NCBI GenBank assembly: GCA_027604505.1
Contig: JADIIX010000158.1
Span: 1 to 45,880 of the forward strand
Length of the DNA: 45,880 nt
Origin: Gonapodya sp. JEL0774
Lineage: Eukaryota
Direction: 5' to 3'
The position numbers were made by a program, and so were the translations under genes. Below the pieces are notes generated by a model, which worked only from the letters and a program-made list of their open reading frames with translations, was not told the DNA's origin and ran no database searches. Positions 36,221 to 45,880 of this stretch are shown here, in pieces. Numbering within the stretch: position 1 is the stretch's first letter; the number at the start of each line of letters is the position of its first letter.

Positions 36221-37669
36221 ATGCAATTCGTGGGAGGATACCTGAGAGTGACGACGGAAGCGGTTGTTGAGACAGCCAAAAAGGTCGGAAGGTCTCTGTC
36301 GAAATCTCGGGCTGGGAACTCTGAAGCACGATCACGTTCTCGATCTCGAGACGGCCGAGCTGAAGCACCACCTTCTCAATCTCGACACAGCAGAGCTGAA
36401 GCAGGTTCATCTTCTCAATCTCAGGACGGCATAGCTGAAACACGATCGCTATCCCTGTCAGGAAGAGATGTTAAGGGCGCCTGTCTCAACGCTATTTCGT
36501 CGGCCATAGGAAGCGATTCAGTTGCCGAATGTCTACTGGATTTTATTCCCATTCCCGGAATTACTCTCGCCTGGAAGGGACTCGTTATTATCTTCGACGC
36601 TGCGGCAGCTCTTCACTATAACAAACAGCTTGCTCTTGAGCTGAGTAATCACATGAGAAAGATTGTGGTCGCAATCAATGACGAACTGCTGAATGACCAG
36701 TATTATGCAGACTCAATAGAGAAGTGAGTCACGGAGTGCAACTTGTGGCAAACAATCTTGACCTCCTTGATTCCAGGGTCAAGGATGATTTAGAAGAGTC
36801 TAGAGACGACATCATCAAATTTTTGGCAGAGCTCAGGACGTGAGTGTTGATTGCTAGTTTAAATTGAGCCATGGAATGTTGACAAAGCAATATTGTTGCA
36901 GACACAAGCAAAAATCCAGACAGCCAGCTGTTCAAAAGCCTGATCCTCAAAAGGCTGATCCTGTTATATTTGATCTTCCAAGTGTGCCAAGAGAACTCCA
37001 TAGACAGTATGAAAAACTTCTTATGTGGGCAAAGTAATTCTTGCTCCCAGCAGATGATCCAAATATTCTAACTCCATTTCTGATTAGATTGTTGGTTGAC
37101 ATTCAAGAGACCCTGTTGCAAATCCAGAGGCAGGGTGTTATTGATCAAATCATACAATACAATCTGAATAAACAGCAGTTGGGCAAACTCTTGGATAGAA
37201 TTGATACTGATATGAATCTTGTCATGGTAAGACTTTTCACAAAGTTAAGGACTCACCATTTCAAAGCAAATGATGTTTCTTCTTTCAGTTTGGGACTATC
37301 AAATCGGTTGCAGACAAACAAGGAGCTATCCAGAAAGATCTTGAAATCCTTACTGCTGCTACAACTTTGCTGCAAATAAACATCACTGAGGTCCTCAAAA
37401 TCGCAAGGAAAAGTGCAGAGGACATGTCTGGTTTACCTGAAGCTGTGAAGCAAATGGACACAGCTTCAAGACAAATGCAGGATGCAGTATCTGACCTCCG
37501 TTCCGATATTTTACCTCATTTGCAAACTCAGATCCGCTCTGAACTCCCTTCTTTACTCCGTTTGGAACTCCGTTCTGAACTCCCCTCATTACTCCGCTCT
37601 GAACTCCACTCTGTACTGCACTCCGAGCTCCGACCTGAGTTTCTCTCTACACTCCACTCTGAGCAGTGA
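36221..37669 (+). CDS. Protein with an MLKL N-terminal (four-helix-bundle)-like domain, coiled region and C-terminal LRSEL repeats; 5 exons
   Basis: An open spliced frame gives FIPIPGITLAWKGLVIIFDAAAALHYNKQLALELSNHMRKIVVAI...LLVDIQETLLQIQRQGVIDQIIQYNLNKQQLGKLLDRIDTDMNLVMF, resembling fungal MLKL_NTD-like domains. Donors gtgagt/gtgggc/gtaaga are phase-consistent. The domain assignment is from pattern recall only. Confidence 0.6.
36321..36453 (+). repeat. In-frame 36-39-bp tandem repeats (about 3.5 copies) encoding an S/R-rich tract
   Basis: Units start ctgaagca/ctgaaaca and contain ttctc(g/a)atctc; the peptide is SEARSRSRSRDGRAEAPPSQSRHSRAEAGSSSQSQDGIAET. Confidence 0.8.
37495..37663 (+). repeat. 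In-frame 12/24-nt repeats encoding LRSEL(P/H)SL
   Basis: Repeated ctccgctctgaactcc-like units; the peptide is IRSELPSLLRLELRSELPSLLRSELHSVLHSELRPEFLSTLHSE. Confidence 0.85.
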
Positions 37670-39589
37670 GCCCCAAATGTCACCACTGGTGACTCATGAA
37701 GCGTACCACTAGGATAGTAATAAAGTGGTGGTTGTGGTATTGGTGCTGCTGAGGGATCAGGGGTGTTTGGAGGTTCAGTGGTGCAGCCTCCACTGGGTCT
37801 GTTGACAGTAGAGGGTTTGGATTCTTTAGGCTTGAGTATTTTGCACTATGTCTCTAAGTATGACGTGTGCCAGATTTGTATTCACTTGGTCTCATTTACA
37901 TGATATGTCTCTAGCTATTTCAATGTTTGAGTGGTGATCTTGGGGTGGGTCACAGAGTGCCAAAAACTCCTCTTAACAAGGATATTGCTGTCTCCATGGT
38001 GCAAAGCACTTCTCAGGGTTTTTGCTGTGTTCCATATATGACTTCAACTGCATTCAAACCAAGGGCAGTCTCTTTTCTGTAACAACTTCCACATAACAAC
38101 ACACCAGACCTTGGCCTTCTGATGCTCAAAAATGTGCTGGCTACACAGAGTCTTGTTCCTTCACACCTATAGCCTCACCTTTTCTGTCTCCAAGGGTCTT
38201 CATCTATTCTTCCAATCTACCTCTGTGCCCCACAACACGACACCATTCCATAACTGTTGAAGCCTGTTCCACTGGCTCAGATGAGGACTTGGAGTACCAT
38301 TGTCCCTTGTTCATCAGACTGATACATCAGGTGACACTTTCACAGAATTTTGCACATCCCTCACGATCTACTTCAAATTTTATGCAACAAGTTTCCCTTC
38401 TGATATAAAACAGATTTAATGCATTGGTTCCTTGCTTGCCTCATGATATGGTATCAATACCCCAGAAGGTGACATGTCGCAGGACCTGGAGGGTCTGACA
38501 GTGGCGCGTGAGGTGTATTCCTATGTATAGACAGTGCACCAGCTAAAGTCATCCCAGCCCAAGGCTGCACATGCCAAACCTGTCTCCTTGACAACCAGCA
38601 GCATTAAACCCACTGGATATAGATAAAAATTTAGCACACAGTATACTGAGTATGGCTATCACGTGACATCCCACCCCCATCACTGGTTCAGGAGAAGATG
38701 CAGGTTGAAGTAATACAAGGGTGGCCTGCATTGCGCCAAGAGGTCGTGGAAATATATTTAGTTTAGCCCAAATTTTTATTCTCTCCTAATTTTCTGGCCT
38801 CGCTGGTGTTTGGAGGTTTTGACCACAAGGAAAATGTTGGTGAAGTCAGAAACTATTTCCAACTTCGATTTGGTAGGTGGGTCCACTGCTACACACCAAC
38901 ACCTGCACCAGGGCCATAGAGCAATGCCCCAACGTGAAAAAGATGCACTTTAGTGAAGCAGAGACAGGAAGTGTGGCCAGACAGGGAGCAGCTAGTTCCA
39001 ATGTGTTGCAGGTTCTTTGAGAACACACGCCCTCAGAGTTCAATGGCTCAAACTCGGACTACAACTCACCCAGCATGCCTGACATCATCGCAATTCAGGT
39101 CATAAACAATGAATGGGTATGGGAGATGGACCAGGATATGGCGGGGAGAGCTTGAGCTTGGAGGTGGACAACAACACTCTAGAGCTGCTTGAGGGACCAG
39201 CAATCATTCCCTCCGAGGACCAGCAGAGCAACAACTTTGTGGAGCATGGGTTTTCTGAACATTATGCAGTGAGTACACTGATTCTGCTGGCAGGAGGAAG
39301 ACTGTTCATCTGTTCCCGCATCATGACTTGGACTGGAGTGCCAGAACCACACCACAAGTCGTGTTGCACGCACAATCCCAGTCAAGCAACAATCAGCCTG
39401 AAGAAGTGAACCCAACCAATTCCAACAAGTGGTACCGGAGTCTCCCCAAGTTGACAGGCACAAAGGCTTTGACTAGAGGCAGGAGGACGTTTGAGCAGAA
39501 GAGAGTCAAAAGTTAGTGTAGTCACCAATTATACATACATTAGTAGTCCCTACGTTCCATGGAATGAGCGATGATGTAAAATTGCCAGT

Positions 39590-39609
39590 NNNNNNNNNNN
39601 NNNNNNNNN
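39590..39609. other. Assembly gap (20 N)
   Basis: Run of N characters. Confidence 1.
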
Positions 39610-40162
39610 CTTTGTGCTCGGAAAAACCCTGCTGCAGCTGCACCACAGCACAAAACCCATGTTGCGCGAGGGGGTCAAAAACCAAAAAAATATTGCTGCC
39701 AATAACATATAAATTGTTGTGGCTTTCCAAAAAAACTACCTCTCAATTTTTCCCTATGCATATTGAGTGTTTTTCTCCAATTGGTTGTGATTGGGATGGG
39801 TCTGGCTTGTGAGGCACTGTATGAAGTGTGGAAACTTACACTGACACATGTTAAGCCGAATCTTTTTGCCAGCCAGCCATCAGGCAATAGGGGACTCCCT
39901 CCACCCAACATTGCACACATGAGCACATTGACAGTTTCACTCTGCAATAGAAGGCTGACTGATCCTTTGATGCCACAACAGCCTACCACTTGGGTTGTGC
40001 CAACCCCAATGTTCCCCTATCAAGTGACTGCACCACAGGGCATCCCGTGCCATAACCCAGTGGAGCATATCGTCCAAAGTGACAGGTCATGGTGGGCAGT
40101 CAACATAATATTGCAACAGTGAGTTTGAGACATCAAGCTGTGTTGATGATCTCATGGAGCAC

Positions 40163-41000
40163 CTACATTGTGTCGGTCATGTGGACAAAGTGCTGCTTTG
40201 GATCAAACTTGCTTTTCAAGATGTTTCTAAGTGGCATCAGAGACCCTGCTGTGCTTGTCTGCGGGTCACAGAGCTGTTCCAGCTCATTTGATGGAGTTAT
40301 AGGTAATTCAGTCAACAAGGACTGCACCTCCTGCATACACACGTTGACTGTAGTTGGAGATTTGTTCTCCTTAAGCACTTTCACCAATTCCTGCTTAGCT
40401 TTTTTGATTGGCATTTCTGATAAAGGCTTTGTTTGGTCAGCATTGACTTGAAATGATGGGTGAAGGCCATTGTTCATCGTGGTTTCCAGATTAGCACCAC
40501 CAGCGCCACTTGCAGCAGTGGGGTTGGTTGCTACTTTGAGTGCAGCTGTTTCAGCTGCTGTAGGGTCTTCAACAATGGGGTTGCCATCAAGGTCTGGGTA
40601 ATCTACAGTGTCATTTGACAGTGTTGGTTGTAGTTGCTTCTGGCATACTGCCTGTGTAACTGTGCAGCAGTCAACTTTGATTGATGGCATACTTACAATT
40701 TGTTTGTTTGACACTTTGATAATGATTTGTTTTGATTGGCTTTTGTGAATCCATTGCAGCTTTTAACTGCCTAACAATCAAATTGGGAAATGAAGCTTCC
40801 TTTGCAAAGGTGTTCTATTATAATGATCACGGGTGCAAAGGTTTCTTCTCTTCTCTGCCTGTGAACACTAATGAACGTTGCCTAATTGTTTTGATATTCT
40901 ATTTTGAGTGTTGGAATAGTTTGTTTGGAACTGCATTCCGTGCTTTTGAGTCCTTTGGTGATGGATTCGTGATGAGCTATTTGGTGATTGAACAAGAGTT
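40163..41000 (-). pseudogene. Decayed, unidentified coding sequence with a likely intron remnant
   Basis: The 183-aa ORF 40163-40714 contains a gtaagt...acacag intron-like segment (about 40652-40696). The flanking frames are broken by stop codons in a CpG-poor context. Confidence 0.35.
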
Positions 41001-41049
41001 TGAGTTGGAGCGACACTATCACTTAGATATCAGCTCAAAACTATTATAC

Positions 41050-44000
41050 AGAGAGACGGCGGCTGATTGCCGTTGCTTTTGCTGTGGAAAGTCAGTTTGT
41101 TGCTGACTTCTGTCTTTTCAATGTTTTTGGTAATCAGAGTTATCACAATGTCTTCTGACAGTCTACGATCCTCTTTGGGTCGTTCTTTTGACAGGAAAAC
41201 AACTGGGTACAACATTGGCAGTCAAGCACTGTAACTCCTTAAGCAGCAGGTGGTCAACCAATGTAGCAGATGAGGTTGGGTCATATGGAACAGTTGTTCA
41301 GAGGGCAGATAGGTACTTTTGCTGAGTGGATCAACTCCAGCCATCTGCTTTCTTCCCTGATGCGGCCTTCTTCAAGCGGCAATTGTTGTAGATGAACCAG
41401 CAAGGGATTGATACCGTTGTCTTCTGCGGCCTGCTGTGGATCCTTGAAGTGACCTTCAGTTGTCACCTCTCTGACTTTGTCGCTCCGTGTGTTGTGAGCA
41501 CTTGGGCAACCAGCAGAGGTACGCCTGCCACTTCACATCGTTGTTGCATGGCGTCCCTGCAAGTATTTTTGCTTGGAGCGGAACAGAGAGGTGGCTGCTT
41601 GCAGCTGTCAGATCCTGGGGAATTGTCATCAGATGAGGAATCTCCAGGATCAGACGGGGCGAGTCAATCGCGAGCACAGACTTGCGACAGCCACCACAGA
41701 GCAACGAGAGTTGCCGTACCCCTGTCCAAGATCAGCTTCTTCACTATCCGGGGGATTGATGAAGAGGTCGCACAGGGACCCCCAATGGATCAAGAAGGTG
41801 TTTGTGGTGAGTGCTTCGGGATCCGAAAACCAACTGCAGAATGTTGGGATCTGGCAATTGAGGGCCGAGGAGAAGAGGTTGACTGAGTGAGGACCCCATA
41901 GTCTGTCAAAAGAGACTGGAACTCGTGTGGGTGGCATCCAGCTGTTGGTGTCTCTCTTGAGACCGGAGTCGTGATCCTGGAGATGACAAAGTCAGTCCAG
42001 GATCAGGGGGAATACAGGTCAGCATGGGTAGCAAGTGAGCAAGCAGGGCTACACTTACTGCCAATGTGTTCAGCGATCTGGGGATGTGCTCCACAAACAG
42101 AGTCACCTGGTGGGAGTGTACCCAATCCAGCAACTGACTGACTACCAGGGAGAGCGCTGCGCTGCGTAACTGACCTTGCTTGGCCATGGTGTAAGCTGAA
42201 GCTGTGTTATCGGTGAGCAGGAGGATCGTCTTCCCCTGCAATTGAGTTTCGCGCGCGAATGCCTTCAGTCCAAGGAAGGAGGAGATGGCCTCCAGGACTT
42301 GGATGTGAATGACCTCTGTCAGTGGGATGGACAGGTTGGAGAACCAGGTCCAAATGACCGCTGGGGGTACAGAGTGTGAAGGTTGGCTGTCCTGCCAGCT
42401 GATGTGCAAATGAGGTAGTCCCCTTTGACATGGTTGTTGAAACTCAGGGGGGGGCTGGCGCTGTGCAAGGGTTTGTTCCGGAACCCATTTCCAAGATGTT
42501 GGATGTGATCACCAATTCTACTTTGGGCGGGAGGAAGCTGACCCTGTTCCACTGGTGCAGGTTCTGTAGGAGCTCCTGCAGGGAGTGACGTATGGCGGGG
42601 GAGATGACCAATAGCCTGTTGCAAGAGCCATTGAATGAGTTGTGTCTCTGCAACAGGATACAATTTTAAGCCTGAAGCAGAGGTAGAGCTTGGAGCTGCG
42701 TGTATGACAGGGCGTCGTGAACTGACTGCAGAGTGCCAAGGATGGAGGCTGCCTGCCGGAGCGGAATGAAATCCTTCTGTATGACCTGCTTGACCCTGCT
42801 GGGCAGTGCACCGTGAGGATGATCTTGTGGTAACTGATCGTAAACCGCAGATAAAGAAGCAGAAGACAAGAGAATATCTGATCTAGTGCTGTTTGCAAGT
42901 GGGACTCCCCCTAAGTTGATCCTGTCGTCAATGAAGAACAATGATTGGATCCCGTTTAACCTGAGGATGCCTAGTACTACCCTCATGAGCTGGTGACGTT
43001 GGAAGGGAGAAACAGAGGGTGAGAGGACCACTACAACAAGATAAATACCCTTTGTCCAAAGCAGCGGGACTGGGGCAAGACCACAGGTTGCTTCTAGGGA
43101 GTGGTGAATTTGGTTCCCTGGCGCTAGAATCAAAGGGGCCTTGCGGGTTGCCATGTGAAGGAAGGTGTTCTTGATGTCGATCGAGGCACCAAACTGAGAT
43201 TGTCGTGAGCAGATAAGTTTTCAAAGAATGCGGACTGTGTTGATCTTGAACTTGGGCACTTTGAGGTACAGATTCACCAGGGTATACTCTGTGATCAGCT
43301 GAATCTTCTTCTTCTGGTACACCACAAAAAGACAAGTGTAAAAGACCCCCGGTGCCAGGCATTTTGGGTCGTAGAGATCCATCACATCCTTGAGAGCGTG
43401 ATTTTTAGAGTTGTATCCAACTTCAGGCCCTCCTTGGCCATCTCCACTATCCACACCGGTGCTTGCACCAAAGTCCACCATTGCCAGAAGTGACGGAGAG
43501 ACCGGGGGATTGGTGTTTAGGGCAGCGGGTACGGAAGGATGGACTGGAGTCATTGATCTTTCTCTGTCCCCTCCGGGAGTACCATCGTCCTCTCCAGGTG
43601 CTGGCAGAGCTCCTGTTGCTGCTCCTCAGCTGGGTGGTAGCGGTGCAGCCAAGAAGCGTACCACTGGTGAGGAGGTATTCTGTATCCCCCCACTATGGTT
43701 GTCTCCAGTGGATTCGTTGTGGGAGGGATTGTGCTGCTTGCCTGCACTGGGGTCAGGATCTCTTCCTCGGAGTTGCTTGCAGTATTGGGCGAGTGAGACA
43801 ACTGAGCGACTGCCTGAGTCAGGAGGTCGCTGTCCCCCTCCAAGTCTGAAGGACTCTTGTGGTGGGATGATGAGGTGGGAGAGAGATCGGGGAATTGTGC
43901 CGGTGCAGGGTTGAACGACCTGTCCCGAATTGCATGGAGCGTCAGGGTGCTAAGTGTCCTCTGTAGGTGCAGGAGCAGATTGCCGTTTGCAAGCAGAATG

Positions 44001-45020
44001 TTGTTGAGTGGTCCAAGATCCATGGAGGCAATGATGGTGCTTAAAATTGCCTTGATGGCCAGATCCTTACTTTCCTCTCACCCTGCCCCCCCTGGTTCTC
44101 ACTGAAAGAGACTTTGCCACTGCACTTTGCATCGCTGTCATCAGTGCTGCAAGCGCTAGAGGGTCGTGGTGTGTAGGGGGGGGGGGGCGAGGGTCGGCAC
44201 GCAAGCCTGAGCGCGAGTCAGGGGGACTGGAGCCTGGGTCAGGATGGCTGGAGCTCAAGCATTGGCTGCTGCTGGACGTTCCTGAGGATTTGCCCCCATC
44301 CCTGGAGCTTCGGGAGGGGGCAGATCAACAGGGCTGCAAGGTGGGTCCTTCACCTTGGAGGGACCCAAACCCAACTTTGTATTCATCTTCCTCTTGGCCT
44401 CTGCGAGTGCAAGGAGGGCACTGCTGGAAGAGGAGGAAGTATGCTGAAGTAAATGTTTCAGCTGCTTTCCGGAGAGCAGCTGAAGAGGGTGGCGTGACGT
44501 CTTACAGTCCTCTGGCTCCATGTATTCCTCCTCTACAGGGTAGACTTTGAGAGGAGCATCAGGACAGACCTTAAGAGCGAGGCTGGGGCTGACTGCATGG
44601 ATGATGTGATGCTGTCAAGCGTTGTACGGTTGGCTGAGGTGCTGGTAACACAAGCCTTTGAGGCCTGCCACACAAGGTTGTCAAGACCTTTGGAGGCGAC
44701 CAAAGCCCAACCATTGCGCAAGAGCAAGAGATTGGAGATACTGGTGAGATGGCTTTCTGTTGGCTTGCGGGTGACAACGTTTGCCCAAACTCAGAAGTTG
44801 TTGTAGTGTTGCTCTTTGATGCGCATGTCAACGTTCACCCACTCCTCCAGAAGTTTCTCGTGGGGGGGAATCTCCGTAGCCAGCTGGATCACCTGAGTGA
44901 TCGCTGGCTCATGTGTCTCCATGAAGGAGAGAATTTCAGAAGTGCAAGAAAGACAAGAGCGTCCTCTTGCGCTGTGTGCGCATCGCTGTCTTTCCTCATG
45001 ACTTCGGCAATTGTTTTTAG
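41050..45020 (-). mobile_element. Degenerate DIRS-like tyrosine-recombinase retrotransposon (gag-like, RT, RNase H, Dam-like methyltransferase, YR fragments)
   Basis: RT: LVNLYLKVPKFKINTV and SLFFIDD. RNase H: HIQVLEAISSFLGLKAF...LLTDNTASAYTMAKQGQLRSAAL...EHIPRSLNTLA. MT-like: LWGPHSVNLFSSALNCQIPTFCSWFSDPEA...HW...FINPP. YR remnants: KWQAYLCW, PICPL, VFLSKERP..RLSEDI and TFHS/KATAIS. Many frameshifts; ends not resolved. Confidence 0.85.
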
Positions 45021-45484
45021 CGTGGTATCTTTACTTGAGACTTATCTGTGGCCTGCAAAACCTCGTCATCTTTGATTTCTTCAGCAACTTTAATAGATGC
45101 TCCACTGGCTTCATGTAAGTCAGCACCTTTATCTGATTCATGGACAGAAGCAGACACATCATGTGAGGCAGTTGCAGGTACTTTCCCCTTATCAGATGCA
45201 GATGGCTTAAGATATTTCCTCAGCATAGATTGAAGCTGGGGCAATTTATCATCATATTTTCCTGTAGAGAGAATAGTGAGCACCTGAGCGACTCTCCAAA
45301 TAGAGATCTTACCTTCGTCAATTTCATTTGCAGCTTGCCTTAGTATGGCTGGTGGAATTGATTTGTATGTGGTCTTACTCATTTCAGCCTTCATAACATT
45401 GTGTCCACGGTATTTTTGGGCTAAGGCAAGTAGCTTCTCTGGAGAACATGGTTGAGCATTCTCCCAGCTAAGAACCTCCAACAT
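45017..45484 (-). other. Unidentified 155-aa ORF fragment in the CpG-depleted block
   Basis: Protein-like composition (PPAILRQAANEIDEGKISIWRVAQVLTIL...) but no recognised family; it abuts the DIRS gag region. Confidence 0.3.
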
Positions 45485-45880
45485 TGCTTCACGCTGGCAG
45501 TGGTCAATGTCCAGCTAGTGATGACCTCAAAATGTGACGCGATTTCCCACCCACCACAGCAGATATATCTCCAACAGTCTACAATTATTATATAAGTTGG
45601 TGATATTGAATTTGCCTTTTTGGCCATTACGTTCTGCATCACACTTAAGGAGATCAAGTACCTATCACAATTAGTACAGTCAATTGTAAAATTGCCAGCA
45701 AGGTCAGATCTCAGGCTTTACAACTCACCTCAAGTTCCAAATTAATGTTGTAATGAGTATATGTACTAACTTTCATCTCACTGTCAAAACTGTATTGTTT
45801 CAGCAGTTGTTGCAGAGGGCAGGAACAGCCCATTAATTCTCTGAAGGGCATACATCTTGTCATAGAATGAAGGTATAACA

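Noticed and set aside
36321..37663. Short repeats as a CRISPR array or amyloid signalling motif
   Set aside because: They are in-frame coding tandem repeats without unique spacers in a eukaryote, and LRSEL repeats look helical rather than like HET-s/RHIM motifs.
41377..45015. 11-bp direct repeat cggcaattgtt (41377 and 45005) as a target-site duplication
   Set aside because: Recombinase-like remnants continue beyond 41377 and DIRS elements do not normally make TSDs, so this is probably chance.

Overview
Eukaryotic, intron-rich genomic DNA, most likely from a flagellated early-diverging fungus (chytrid-type). The evidence is short GT-AG introns, fungal-style COX6 and tartrate dehydrogenase genes, and a full CEP290 ciliary gene; the taxon is my inference. 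Bases 1-36,700 are gene-dense: the 3' part of an acetyl-CoA hydrolase/transferase, FKBP25/FKBP3, cytochrome c oxidase subunit Va/VI, a class I SAM methyltransferase, a TPR protein, a small orphan protein, tartrate/D-malate dehydrogenase, a large protein fusing two CBM48 glycogen-binding modules to an annexin core, CEP290, and an SP-RING (MIZ) zinc-finger gene with a frameshifted tandem paralogue. A spliced MLKL-N-terminal-like gene sits at the edge of a CpG-depleted block (about 36.7-45.9 kb) containing a degenerate DIRS-type tyrosine-recombinase retrotransposon, other decayed ORFs and a 20-N gap. The best leads are the CBM48x2-repeat-annexin fusion, two tandem long hairpins at 1601-1781, a 3-nt microexon at 991-993, and the MLKL-like gene. 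All gene models were spliced by eye and homologies come from recalled family motifs; no searches were run.
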